NCBI GenBank assembly: GCA_930986425.1
Contig: CAKNJR010000003.1
Coordinates: forward strand, 43,047 to 107,046
DNA: 64,000 bases
Direction: 5' to 3'
Origin: an uncultured Clostridium sp.
GTDB taxonomy: Bacteria > Bacillota > Clostridia > TANB77 > CAG-508
The notes beneath the pieces are model-generated. The model was not told the DNA's origin and ran no database searches. It saw nothing but the letters and a program-made list of their open reading frames with translations. The position numbers were made by a program, and so were the translations under genes. The number at the start of each line of letters is the position of its first letter. Positions within the stretch are counted from its first letter, which is position 1. Shown here one piece after another: positions 10,467 through 21,023 of this stretch.

Positions 10467-11909
10467 ATGAAAGAAGTAATTAGAAAAACAAAAATCATTG
10501 GTACAATAGGACCAGCAAGTGAAAGCGAAGAAATGCTTACAAAATTAATGAATGCAGGATTAAATGTATGCAGAATTAACTTTTCACATGGTGGATATGA
10601 AGAAAATGCAGAAAAAATTGCAACAATAAAGAGATGCAGAGAAAAACTTAATTTACCAATAGCATTAGCTCTTGATACAAAAGGACCAGAAATAAGAACA
10701 GGTAAATTAGAATCAGGAGACGAAAAAGTTACAATTACAGAAGGACAAGAATTTACTTTTGTTCATGATGATATAATAGGAAACAACACAAAAACAACAA
10801 TAAGCTACAAAAATTTATATAAAGATGTAAAACCAGGTTCAACAATATTAGTTGATGATGGTGCAATAGAATTCAAAGTAAAAGAAATAGTTGGACAAGA
10901 TATCGTTTGTATAGCACAAAATACAGGTAGATTAGGTTCAAGAAAAACAATGAACATACCTGATGCAATAGTTGAATTACCAGCTTTAGGTGAAAAAGAT
11001 ATAGACGATATTACAAAAGGTGTAAAAGCAGGATTTGACTATATATTTGCTTCATTCGTAAGAAGAGCAGATGATGTTAAACAAATAAGAAAATTATTAA
11101 ATGACAATGGTGGACAAGAAGTTGGAATTATATCTAAAATAGAGAGCCAAGAAGGTATAGATAATTTAGAAGAAATACTTGAATTATCTGATGGTATAAT
11201 GGTAGCTCGTGGAGATATGGGTGTTGAAATACCAATGGAACAAGTTCCAATAGTTCAAAAACATATTATAAAAAGATGTAATGAAGTTGGAAAACCAGTT
11301 ATCACAGCAACACAAATGTTAGAATCAATGACATCAAACCCAAGACCAACAAGAGCTGAAGTATCAGACGTTGCAAACGCCGTATATGATTTAACAGGAT
11401 GCATAATGCTTTCAGGAGAATGCGCTATGGGTAAATATCCAGTTGAGTGCGTTGGTGCTATGAATAAAATTTCAAGAGCAATTGAAGGAAATATCAATTA
11501 CTGGAAGAGATTTAACAACAAAGGTTGCATAGTAAACAAAAATGACCTTAAAGCTAACACAGCTTACTCAGCATGTGTAACAGCAAAAGACATTGAGGCA
11601 GATGCAATAGTAGCATATACACATACAGGAGATACAGCAAACATTTTAGCAGGATTAAAACCAGCTTGCCCAGTATTAGCAATTACAGATAACTTAAAAA
11701 CATACCATAAATTATCTTTAACAGCTAACACATATCCAATCTACATTGAAGCCCAAAAAGATATAGACAGCACAGTAGAAAAAGGAATACTTGAACTAGA
11801 AAAGAGCGGAATACTTGAAAAAGGAGATAAAATAGTTATAGCTGGTGGAAACAAAATTCTTCCATTAGAAAAAGAAAGCCAAGTAATCGGCGGAATAATG
11901 AAAATATAA
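10467..11909 (+). CDS. pyk: Pyruvate kinase
   Basis: RKTKIIGTIGPAS, DTKGPEIRTG, MVARGDMG, TQMLESM. Confidence 0.97.
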   Translation: MKEVIRKTKIIGTIGPASESEEMLTKLMNAGLNVCRINFSHGGYEENAEKIATIKRCREKLNLPIALALDTKGPEIRTGKLESGDEKVTITEGQEFTFVHDDIIGNNTKTTISYKNLYKDVKPGSTILVDDGAIEFKVKEIVGQDIVCIAQNTGRLGSRKTMNIPDAIVELPALGEKDIDDITKGVKAGFDYIFASFVRRADDVKQIRKLLNDNGGQEVGIISKIESQEGIDNLEEILELSDGIMVARGDMGVEIPMEQVPIVQKHIIKRCNEVGKPVITATQMLESMTSNPRPTRAEVSDVANAVYDLTGCIMLSGECAMGKYPVECVGAMNKISRAIEGNINYWKRFNNKGCIVNKNDLKANTAYSACVTAKDIEADAIVAYTHTGDTANILAGLKPACPVLAITDNLKTYHKLSLTANTYPIYIEAQKDIDSTVEKGILELEKSGILEKGDKIVIAGGNKILPLEKESQVIGGIMKI

Positions 11910-12064
11910 TTTAAGTAATAGAACACATTTCATATTACAAAGAGATAAAAAACAACCTGATTTTTATAATTAGGTTGTTTTTTTTGGTAAATAAACGAAA
12001 AAACTGTTGAAAAAAATGTCGAAATATGTAAAAATAAGGAAAAAGATATGAAAAGGGGTAAATT

Positions 12065-12784
12065 ATGGAAACAGCAAAAATTGAAAAAACAAAAGGAAAA
12101 GCACAAATCAGCAAAAAGAGTAGTAATTTAACTACTAGAAAAGGCAGTGAAAAAGCTTCTAAGAAAAATATAGCTCTTGAAGTAAACAAAGTAGAATTAC
12201 CAGCAGATAGTTTAACAAGAGCGATGGAAGAAGAAGCTGAGTTTATTAATGAAACACAATTAAATGAAAAAATAATTAATCAGTTTTATAAATTTTATAA
12301 AAGAAAAATAAAAAGAACAGACTTTTACACATTGTTATTTTGCGGAATAGTTCTAATTATAGTAGGAATAAACTTTCTATTACAAGGAAGTGATTACTTT
12401 TTTGGAATTATATTTAATATAATATTCAATGTTTTCATTATAGGATTAGGAATATATTTATTTATATATGCATTTGACTATCAAAAATTTGATAAAAAAG
12501 AAAGTAAAAAAGTATATGATGAAGATATATCTAAATATGTAAATCGTTATTATTTTAATAATGAAAGAGTAGTGATTAATAATAAAATAGGAACTACTGA
12601 AAGAACATATGAATGTTTAGAAGCTGTATACGAAACAAAAGAATTTTATTACATTTTACTTTCTAGAAATAGTGGATATGTTATAAACAAAAACTCATTT
12701 ACAAAAGGAACAGAAAGCGAATTTCATGATTTCATAAAAGCAAAAATGGGGAAGAATTACAAAAAGAGATGTCATAGAAAATAA
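12065..12784 (+). CDS. YcxB-like membrane protein
   Basis: Two TM segments plus C-terminal YETKEFYYI...INKNSF domain. Confidence 0.6.
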   Translation: METAKIEKTKGKAQISKKSSNLTTRKGSEKASKKNIALEVNKVELPADSLTRAMEEEAEFINETQLNEKIINQFYKFYKRKIKRTDFYTLLFCGIVLIIVGINFLLQGSDYFFGIIFNIIFNVFIIGLGIYLFIYAFDYQKFDKKESKKVYDEDISKYVNRYYFNNERVVINNKIGTTERTYECLEAVYETKEFYYILLSRNSGYVINKNSFTKGTESEFHDFIKAKMGKNYKKRCHRK

Positions 12785-12873
12785 TTTCAATGGGGCGTCC
12801 ATATTGACATAAGTAATATACAGAAAAAAAGCAATCAAGCGAAATAATCTTGATTGTTTTTTGTATATAAAAA

Positions 12874-13464
12874 TTACAACTTAGTCAAACATCTACTAAT
12901 AACATCCTCTAAATGAGTAGTATCTACAATAGATTCAATACTAGCATTAAGCATTTCTCTAGGGCTAACATTTTTAACATCAAATGAATAGCCATTTACA
13001 TATGCAAGCTCTCTAATAAATTCTCTAATAGTTCTACCATTACCTTCTCTAAAAGGATGTAAAACATTTAGTTCAGACATATAATATGCAAGCTTTTTAG
13101 CCATTTCATCTTTAGACAAATTTTCGAAATCATCTTTTGAAAGTTTATCAAATAAAAATCTTAATTGTTCTTCAATGTATTCCCATTTAGCAAAGCGAAA
13201 TGAATCTTTTGCAATATCCTCAGACCTTATTTTACCAGCAAAAGGGTATATATCTTCAAATAAAAATTTATGTATTGATAAAAAATGATGAATATCAAAA
13301 TTACCTATATTCTCATTTTGCATAAGAGTATAAAGTTTTAGAAGAACCAACTTTTTCTCAACTGTTGCTAACTTTTTATTATCATGAATATCTAATTTAT
13401 TTACTAAAGTATTGCTATTTGGATAACAATATATTGAATTAACTGCTTCATATAGTTCTGTCAT
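12874..13464 (-). CDS. Fic family adenylyltransferase (toxin)
   Basis: Canonical HPFREGNGRT motif; YCYPNS..LVNKLDI N-terminus. Confidence 0.92.
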   Translation of the reverse strand: MTELYEAVNSIYCYPNSNTLVNKLDIHDNKKLATVEKKLVLLKLYTLMQNENIGNFDIHHFLSIHKFLFEDIYPFAGKIRSEDIAKDSFRFAKWEYIEEQLRFLFDKLSKDDFENLSKDEMAKKLAYYMSELNVLHPFREGNGRTIREFIRELAYVNGYSFDVKNVSPREMLNASIESIVDTTHLEDVISRCLTKL

Positions 13465-13569
13465 AAGTAAAAGACCAACCTTTCTTTTGTAATAAATTTA
13501 TTTAAATAAAAATATTTGCATTTCACAAATGCAAATTTATTGAAGTATAAAAGAAATAAAAGCAGAAAA

Positions 13570-13740
13570 TTAATTTAATTCTGCTTTTATTATGCTTGTA
13601 ATAGCATCGCCTAAAGACATTTCATTGTTAGAATATTTTCTTAACATAGAAATATCATCATCATTTATATAAATATTTTCAATTGCCAAATCGTTTTTAA
13701 TATTAGCTAAATCTTTATTAAATTTTTCTTCGAAATTCAT
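13570..13740 (-). CDS. Putative VbhA-like antitoxin (56 aa, not in ORF track)
   Basis: MNFEEKFNKDLANIKNDLAIENIYI...; LAIEN resembles the (S/T)xxxE(G/N) inhibitory motif; AAGGA SD; upstream of fic. Confidence 0.6.
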   Translation of the reverse strand: MNFEEKFNKDLANIKNDLAIENIYINDDDISMLRKYSNNEMSLGDAITSIIKAELN

Positions 13741-13869
13741 CTTACTAAATTCCTTTCAAAAATAAAATATATATGTATGGTGTGTTTTTGTACCTAACAA
13801 CCACACATATATATTATACCACATTTTAATGAAAAAATCAAATTTAATATTTACAAAACAGTATAAAGT

Positions 13870-14494
13870 TTAGCATTTACAATCATTATCGTTGTTGTTC
13901 ATATTGCAATTTCCCATTGCATAACATCTTCTTTCTGCAAGTTTATCTTGCACTCCACGTAGAGCTTCACCAAACCTTTGGAAGTGAACTATTTCTCTTT
14001 GTCTTAAAAAGCGCAATGCATCTACAACATCAGCATTATCTTTGCATAAATTAATTAATTTTTCATAAGTAGCGCGAGCCTTTTGTTCTGCACTAAGGTC
14101 CTCTTGTAAGTTTGCAATAGGGTCACCTTTACAAGCTAAGCAATTAGCGTCAAAAGGGAAACCAGCAGCAGCTTGAGGATATACATCTAATCCATGGTCT
14201 GTATAATAAGCACCAAGTCCTGCCTTTTCTGCTTCTTCAGCAGTTATACCTTTAGTTAATTGATGAACTATAGTACCTACCATTTCAAGGTGTCCGAAGT
14301 TCCTCAGTTCCTATATCATTAAGTATAGCCTTACTATTTTGGTCAGGCATACCAAATCTTTGGCTCAAATATCTTAGAGAAGCTCCTAGCTCTCCATCAG
14401 GACCACCGTATTGAGAAATTATAAACTTAGCTAAACGAGGGTCTTGCTGTTTTATTTTAATTGGATATTGAAGAGTTTTATTATAAGTCCACAT
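13870..14494 (-). CDS. cotJC: Manganese catalase family spore coat protein CotJC, split by a +1 frameshift at CGG (14296-14294)
   Basis: QYGGPDGELGA...GTEEL|C-GGA CAC CTT GAA ATG restores EELGHLEMVGTIV; EQKARATY, REIVHFQRF. Confidence 0.88.
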
Positions 14495-14802
14495 TAGAAA
14501 TTACCTCCTTCCCAAGGCCAAGGTTGCTCTAGCCATCTCCATTTATTACATGGATAGAATATTGAAAGTGGTCCGAATTTCTTTTGATATTTTTCTACGG
14601 CTTCTTTATAACATTTACAATACTCTCTGTGTAAAGCCAAAGCTCTGCTATCAGTTGGATGAGTATCTAAGTATAAGCCTAGTTCAACAATTGCAAAATT
14701 AAAACCTCTTACATCATTCATCATTTCTTCTCTTGTAGGAGTATTATTATTATCTTTACAAGTACAATTGCAGGTGCAAGTACTATTATTATTACATTCC
14801 AC
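14494..14802 (-). CDS. cotJB: Spore coat protein CotJB
   Basis: ELGLYLDTHP...YQKKFGPL...WRWLEQPWPWE; GTG start after AAGGAGG. Confidence 0.88.
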   Translation of the reverse strand: MECNNNSTCTCNCTCKDNNNTPTREEMMNDVRGFNFAIVELGLYLDTHPTDSRALALHREYCKCYKEAVEKYQKKFGPLSIFYPCNKWRWLEQPWPWEGGNF

Positions 14803-15118
14803 TATTGCATCCCTCCTTAACTTCATTTGAACATCTTAAAAATTGGTCTTCTTCCATACTTTGACCAGCTGTATAAGGGTCTACAAGTTCAGGGAATATA
14901 GTTCCCATTTTTAATCCTGTACATGGTCTAAAAGTAGTAGTCATTCTTTGAATAGGAACATAGCTTTGACCAAACATATAGTTCTCAGGGAAAACAGATT
15001 CTTCATCAAATCCACATTCGCATTCATCATCATCTTGCATATTATTATTAATCATTCTGACATCTATCATATTAGAATTATTATTATTCATGCAGTTATT
15101 CATTCTACATCTACACAT
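14792..15118 (-). CDS. cotJA: Spore coat associated protein CotJA
   Basis: QSYVPIQ...GLKMGTIFPEL; order cotJA-JB-JC. Confidence 0.8.
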   Translation of the reverse strand: MCRCRMNNCMNNNNSNMIDVRMINNNMQDDDECECGFDEESVFPENYMFGQSYVPIQRMTTTFRPCTGLKMGTIFPELVDPYTAGQSMEEDQFLRCSNEVKEGCNSGM

Positions 15119-15219
15119 ATATTGAACCTCCTTACTAGACATATTATGCTGTCTACATAAATGAAGTTACAATTAACATAAAAAATAGAAAAACATATTA
15201 TATTATAGGGGGTGGAGAT

Positions 15220-15369
15220 TTGAAAAAAGTACATAAAAAGAAAAAGAGTTTTTGCCAATATTCAAATATGAAATGTAATATTCTTATTTGCTTCTTAGTT
15301 GCAATTATTGTGGGATTATTTGTTATTTTTTTGAATTTGCTTTTTAATAATTATTTTTATATAATTTAA
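15220..15369 (+). CDS. Small basic single-TM hypothetical protein
   Basis: GGGGGTGGAG SD, TTG start, KKVHKKKK then a hydrophobic stretch. Confidence 0.4.
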   Translation: MKKVHKKKKSFCQYSNMKCNILICFLVAIIVGLFVIFLNLLFNNYFYII

Positions 15370-15397
15370 ATAAACTATTATTAAGGAGGAAAAGCTA

Positions 15398-16018
15398 ATG
15401 AAAGTATTATTAGTAAATGGTGGACCACACGAAAAAGGTTGTACATATACAGCTTTAGAGGAAGTATCTAAAACTTTACAAAAAAACGGAATTGAAACAG
15501 AAATTATTTGGATTGGAGTAAACCCAATTGCAGGTTGTATAGGATGTAATGCTTGTTTAAAAACAGGCAAATGTTTTAGAAACGACATAGTAAATGATTT
15601 TATAGAAAAGTCCAAAGAAGCGGATGGATTTGTATTTGGTACTCCAGTTCATTTTGCATCAAGTGCAGGAAGTTTAACATCTTTTATGGATAGAGTATTT
15701 TATGGTAGAGGAGACTTATTCAAAAATAAACCTGCTTGCTGTGTAGTGAGTTGTAGAAGAGGCGGAGCAACAGCAACTTTTGACCAGATTAATAAATATT
15801 TTTCAATATGTAATATGCCAATAGTTACATCACAATATTGGAACCAAGTACATGGAACAAATCCAGATGAAGTAAGAAAAGATGAAGAGGGAATGCAAAC
15901 AATGAGAACTCTTGGAAACAATATGGCATGGTTATTAAAATGTATTGATGTAGCTAAAAATAATGGAGTGGAATACCCAGAAAATGAAAAGGCTGTGAAG
16001 ACTAATTTTATTAGATAA
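15398..16018 (+). CDS. Flavodoxin family / iron-sulfur flavoprotein (NADPH-dependent FMN reductase)
   Basis: VLLVNGGP, CIGCNAC...C, GTPVHF, RRGG. Confidence 0.88.
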   Translation: MKVLLVNGGPHEKGCTYTALEEVSKTLQKNGIETEIIWIGVNPIAGCIGCNACLKTGKCFRNDIVNDFIEKSKEADGFVFGTPVHFASSAGSLTSFMDRVFYGRGDLFKNKPACCVVSCRRGGATATFDQINKYFSICNMPIVTSQYWNQVHGTNPDEVRKDEEGMQTMRTLGNNMAWLLKCIDVAKNNGVEYPENEKAVKTNFIR

Positions 16019-16267
16019 CAAAAATTGGATATGTAACAAAAATGTAATAAAAAATTACTTGACTAAAAATAAGTGTATGTATAAAATTATAAATAATTAA
16101 ATCTATTTGCATAAATAGTATAATTACATTGAAAATCTAATATTCAAAAAGAAAAAAGTATGTGTATGAATACTATTTGTGAAAATGGAGATAATTACAA
16201 CAAAGGCAAATAATAAATAAAAAGCAAGAAACTAAAATAAATAAAAACAAAAGAAAGGAGAATTCTA

Positions 16268-17611
16268 ATGGAGAACGGAAAGACAAGTTTGAATATTAGA
16301 AAATTGAAAAAGCAAGTAAAAGGTATTACACTTATAGCGCTTGTAGTCACTATAATTGTCCTTTTGATTTTAGCAGGAGTAGCAATAAGTCTAACAATAG
16401 GACAAAATGGAATATTTGCAAGAGCGCAAAATGCAGTAAATGTATATGAGCAGGCAGCAACAAATGAGCAGCAAGAATTAGGAAAAGTAGAAGATATAAT
16501 GGATGAATACTTAAACGGAAATGGTGGAAACCAAGGCGGAGGTGGAGAATATAATACAGGAACAACCGTAGAAGAAGCAAAAGGTCAGAATAAGCCATTT
16601 GAAAACGATACAACAATAACAGATTCATGTACACCAGCAAATTCAATAAGAGTGCCAGCAGGATTTAAAATAGCAGAAGATTCAGCTTTAACAGTAGAAG
16701 ATGGAGTAGTAATAGAAGATAAGGATGGAAACCAGTTCGTATGGATACCAGCAAAAACCGAAGCTGAAGGAGGAGCAACAATAAATCTATCATCAGGAGA
16801 TACCACAACAATAGTATATCAAAGAACAGCATTTACAGGAGAATATATAACAATAACCTATACAGAAACAATGCCAAGTGATGAAGAAGCCAGCGTAAAT
16901 GCATGGGGAGGATATTATATAGGTAGATTCGAAGCAGGAGATAAAGAGGCAACTGATGCAACAATGATGAGAGAAGAGTATATGATGAATCAACTTATGG
17001 AATTTGCAAAAGAAAACGGAATAGACCTAACAAATTCAGATAATCTTACTGAAGAACAAGAACAACAATTAAATGAAAAGGCTAGTGAGATTGAAAATGA
17101 AATACACACAATAACAATAAAGAAAAGTCAAGCACCTTATAACAATATAACATTTGCAAATCTAAAAAGTTTAGCAGAAGGAATGGATACAGTTCAAGGC
17201 TATACTACAGCAACAACAAAATTAGTAAGTAGTTATGCATGGGATACAGCAATAAACTTTATACAAATAAAGAATAGTGATTATGGAACAACTTCACCAG
17301 AAGGAAATTATTCTAATTCAGATACGTTTACTTATACAGACATAGCAGGAGATACACAAACGGGACCTACGGGCGAATTAATTCCAACAGGTCAAACAAC
17401 AGAGGTAAGCAATATATATGATATGGGAGGAAACTTGTACGAATACACTACTGAGAGTTACTCTGGCGTGCCCGGTCCTTACGTCGTTCGTGGAGGCGAT
17501 TACGGCCTCGACTACGACCACTTTCCAGCAGGTCTCCGTCGCAGCAGCGTTGGCTATGCCGACAGCGTCCATGGTTCCCGTGTCACTTTGTATTGTAGTA
17601 CTGAAAGCTAA
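16268..17611 (+). CDS. Type IV pilin-like protein with C-terminal CLec/FGE-like domain; probable DGR target
   Basis: KGITLIALVVTIIVLLILAGVAI prepilin motif; GNQFVWIP, YIGRFEAG, YDMGGNLYEYT...RGG...R...GSR. Confidence 0.85.
   Translation: MENGKTSLNIRKLKKQVKGITLIALVVTIIVLLILAGVAISLTIGQNGIFARAQNAVNVYEQAATNEQQELGKVEDIMDEYLNGNGGNQGGGGEYNTGTTVEEAKGQNKPFENDTTITDSCTPANSIRVPAGFKIAEDSALTVEDGVVIEDKDGNQFVWIPAKTEAEGGATINLSSGDTTTIVYQRTAFTGEYITITYTETMPSDEEASVNAWGGYYIGRFEAGDKEATDATMMREEYMMNQLMEFAKENGIDLTNSDNLTEEQEQQLNEKASEIENEIHTITIKKSQAPYNNITFANLKSLAEGMDTVQGYTTATTKLVSSYAWDTAINFIQIKNSDYGTTSPEGNYSNSDTFTYTDIAGDTQTGPTGELIPTGQTTEVSNIYDMGGNLYEYTTESYSGVPGPYVVRGGDYGLDYDHFPAGLRRSSVGYADSVHGSRVTLYCSTES
17431..17600 (+). 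other. DGR-like variable region (VR)
   Basis: Abrupt GC rise; nearly all codons NNC/NNT between fixed CLec residues. Confidence 0.7.
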
Positions 17612-17617
17612 AGCCGC

Positions 17618-17638
17618 TGTATCTAAATTGTAGATACA
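17618..17638 (+). other. Perfect hairpin after the VR (DGR homing-type stem-loop)
   Basis: tgtatcta-aattg-tagataca, 6 nt after the stop codon. Confidence 0.55.
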
Positions 17639-17890
17639 ACAGAGAGAAAGCTGGAAATTTGAACATTGAAAGAACGGAAGCGTCTTAGACGTTAAGCAGG
17701 AATTTCTTGATTCAAGACTAGCAATTAGCTAGTCTATTTTTATTCAAATTCACCATAGATTATTGACTTTTACCAATCATTAATTATATAATAAGACCAT
17801 AAAATTAAGGAAGAAGCAATGTGCAATATTTACAACAAAATGCTAAACACAAAAACTACACATCTTCCTGAGAAAGGAAAGTAATAAAAT

Positions 17891-18820
17891 ATGGAAAATA
17901 AAGTAATAGTTACAGGACACAAAAATCCAGATACAGATTCAATTTGTTCAAGTATAGTAATGGCTAATTTAGCAAAACATTATGGAGTAGATTGCAAGCC
18001 AGCAAGACTTGGAAATATAAACAAAGAAACAGAATATGTTTTAAAACATCTAAATATTGAAGCACCTGAACTAGTAGAAAAAGTAGAAGAAGGACAAAAA
18101 CTAATATTAGTTGACCATAATGAAAAAGCTCAAAGTGTAGAAGGAAGAGACAAAGCAAAAGTTTTAGCAGTAATCGACCATCACAGAATAGCAGATTTTG
18201 AAACAAATGAGCCTCTATATTATTTAGCAAAACCATATGGTTGTACATCTACAATTCTTTTTGAAGAATACAAAAAGGCAGGCTTAGAAATAGACAAAAC
18301 AATGGGAACATTAATGTTAAGTGCAATCGTATCAGATACATTATTATTAAAATCTCCTACATGTACTGAAACAGATGTTAAAACAGTCGAAGAACTTGAA
18401 AAAATCACAGGCTTAAAGGCAAGTGAATATGGATTAGATATGCTAAAAGCAGGAACAGATTTAAGTACATATTCAAGCCAAGAAGTTATTAACTTAGATG
18501 CAAAAGAATTTGAGAAAAATGGCAAAAGAATAGTAATTTCACAAGTTAATACAGCAGATATTGATGATGTTTTCTCAAGAAGAGAAGAAATAGAATTTGC
18601 AATGGAAAAAGAAATTGCAGAAAAGAAAGTAGATTTATTTATATTTGTAATAACAGATATAATAAATACAAATTCAAAAATAATAGCACTTGGAGCAGAA
18701 AAAGAGCTTGTTGAAAAGGCTTTCAAAGGAAAATTAGATGAATTCGATTCAATGATGCTAGAAGGTGTAGTATCTAGAAAGAAACAAATAGCTCCACCAC
18801 TACTAGAAGTTATTGATTAA
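17891..18820 (+). CDS. ppaC: Mn-dependent inorganic pyrophosphatase (family II)
   Basis: GHKNPDTDS, VDHN, IDHH, VVSRKKQ. Confidence 0.95.
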   Translation: MENKVIVTGHKNPDTDSICSSIVMANLAKHYGVDCKPARLGNINKETEYVLKHLNIEAPELVEKVEEGQKLILVDHNEKAQSVEGRDKAKVLAVIDHHRIADFETNEPLYYLAKPYGCTSTILFEEYKKAGLEIDKTMGTLMLSAIVSDTLLLKSPTCTETDVKTVEELEKITGLKASEYGLDMLKAGTDLSTYSSQEVINLDAKEFEKNGKRIVISQVNTADIDDVFSRREEIEFAMEKEIAEKKVDLFIFVITDIINTNSKIIALGAEKELVEKAFKGKLDEFDSMMLEGVVSRKKQIAPPLLEVID

Positions 18821-19191
18821 TAAAATAGAGAAAATAAATGTACTGAACTCAAAAGATTTCATTTTGAATTTAGTACATTTTATTTTTTTGAATTTCAATT
18901 GAAGAGCTAAAGTCTGCGTCAAAATAAGAATGCTGCTAGAATCAAGTGTCGAATTATCAAGTAATTTGTCGAACGATTCTTCTTGACATGCCATAAAATA
19001 CCAATTATAATTATATTACAATTTGTTAATCAAGTTGTTTAATTCTATTCAGCAATAATCTATCTGATTATTGATTTCCCAATCACTAATTTTACATTGG
19101 AAAAGGTACTATCTCTACCTTAAATGAGATAACAAGTCAAAATTAAAACATTAATTTCGACTAACTATACTATAAAAAGGAGGTACTGCCT

Positions 19192-20922
19192 ATGAGTAAA
19201 AGAATCAAACTAAAGATGATTGCATGTACAGCAGTTTTTGTCGTGTGCATTATGATAATTTTTTTACAAATGAGCAATTCGGCAAGCATGAAAGTCAAGG
19301 AAAAACAGACTCACGCAGAAAGTACAAAGGTTGAAATAGAAACATCATCATTTGAAAACAGTGATGTGAAGTTGTATCAAAAAACAGAGGAAGAAACAGA
19401 ATTTACCGAAGTTGAGCAAAAGGAAGAAAAAGATAGTCTTTTCAAAAAGACAAATACATTCGAATTAGAAACAAAAGATGAATCGGCACCTAATAATGTA
19501 AGTAATATAAAGTCAGTTGTTGCAGAAGATTATATAATAATTAGTTTTGCACCAGCAAAAGACAATGCTACTCTTTATGAATACTACATTGAAGGTACGA
19601 ACGAAAATGAAACAACTAAAACTGAAACAGTTAAAATTTCAAGTGATTCAGGAATTAAAGGTTATAACTATATTATAGACAATCAGAAAGAAACAAAAGC
19701 AGGAACAACAATAAACAAAACAGACGATGAACCTATTTTAATTTCTGATATAAATTGGAGTAATGATTATTATATTCATATTAGAGCAATAGATAACAGT
19801 GGCAATTGCTCAAACAACACAACTTATAAAATAAATTTACCTTCAAACGGAGTTAAATTGCAGTATTTGGATGCAAATTCAAATAATATAATATCTCCAG
19901 AAGAAACAATAATCGGTAGTGTAAATGAAGAATACAATGCAAATGAATACAATAAAAATTTAGAAGGTTATAAATTAATTAATGTAGAAGGAGAAACATC
20001 TGGAAAACTAAAGAAGGAAAGAATTAATATAAAATACAAGTATGCAAAACTAGCATCAATTGAGATAAAATACATTGATAAAATTACAGGAGAAGAAATA
20101 GCCAATAAGACAACAATAGAAGGCTATGAAGGAAAAGAATTTGAAATAAATGCAAAAAATATAAATGGATATAAATATGAAACAGGAGAGGTATCTGGAA
20201 TAATGAAAGCTGGAAATCAAGAAATAACATTATATTATAATAAACTTGGAAATATAATAACTTCATATATTGATGAAAATAGTGGAGAAAAAATTATTCC
20301 TGATTTCTGTCAAACATATACATACAATCAAGAATTTAAAACAAATTCAAAAGAAATACCAGGATACCAACTATCAAAAGTAGAAGGAAGAGAAGAAGGA
20401 ACAATAACTGATGAAGAAGAAAAAATCATTTACTATTATAAGAAAATTGTACAAGTAGATATAAAACACGTAGATATAAATACAAAAGAGGTAATAGAAA
20501 ATGAAACAATAGAAGCATTAGAAGGCGATAAAATAAAAATACATGCAAAAGAATTCGATGGCTATATTCAAACGACCCAAAATGAAAAGAATACAGCAAT
20601 TGAAGTTAATGAAGAAAATGCCTCAACAAAAACTAGTAATCAAAGTAATGTCTCAACAAAAGATAACAATGAAAACACATTAAAAGAAGATGATGAAAAA
20701 TATACAAATAACATAATTGATGAAATACTAGGCGACGAGTATGAATCACCAGAAATTGAAGAAGATGCAAATGAGAAGAATGAAAATGGTGAGAAAATGA
20801 AAGATAAAAATATAAAAGAAGAAATCACAAATAATAGCATAAATGAAAATATAAAACAAGAATATGATATAGTGGTAGATTCTAAAGAAACAGAATATAT
20901 AATTTACTACAAGAAAAAATAA
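19192..20922 (+). CDS. Secreted/anchored MucBP-repeat protein
   Basis: N-terminal TM; repeats of I.Y.D..G..I...Y....K.I.GY...I.YYY. Confidence 0.75.
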   Translation: MSKRIKLKMIACTAVFVVCIMIIFLQMSNSASMKVKEKQTHAESTKVEIETSSFENSDVKLYQKTEEETEFTEVEQKEEKDSLFKKTNTFELETKDESAPNNVSNIKSVVAEDYIIISFAPAKDNATLYEYYIEGTNENETTKTETVKISSDSGIKGYNYIIDNQKETKAGTTINKTDDEPILISDINWSNDYYIHIRAIDNSGNCSNNTTYKINLPSNGVKLQYLDANSNNIISPEETIIGSVNEEYNANEYNKNLEGYKLINVEGETSGKLKKERINIKYKYAKLASIEIKYIDKITGEEIANKTTIEGYEGKEFEINAKNINGYKYETGEVSGIMKAGNQEITLYYNKLGNIITSYIDENSGEKIIPDFCQTYTYNQEFKTNSKEIPGYQLSKVEGREEGTITDEEEKIIYYYKKIVQVDIKHVDINTKEVIENETIEALEGDKIKIHAKEFDGYIQTTQNEKNTAIEVNEENASTKTSNQSNVSTKDNNENTLKEDDEKYTNNIIDEILGDEYESPEIEEDANEKNENGEKMKDKNIKEEITNNSINENIKQEYDIVVDSKETEYIIYYKKK

Positions 20923-21023
20923 TTAAGAAAATGCAACCTTGCTATTAATAAAGAGAGCAACAGCTTTGACATATAAGCATATAAAATAGCAAGATTGCAT
21001 TAAATTAATTTATTGACTTATTA

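Noticed and set aside
17418-17633. Overlapping ORFs on both strands over the VR
   Set aside because: Open frames are a by-product of the local GC-rich NNC codon bias
16268-17760. Complete DGR cassette
   Set aside because: No reverse transcriptase ORF or AAC-rich template repeat was seen anywhere in the window
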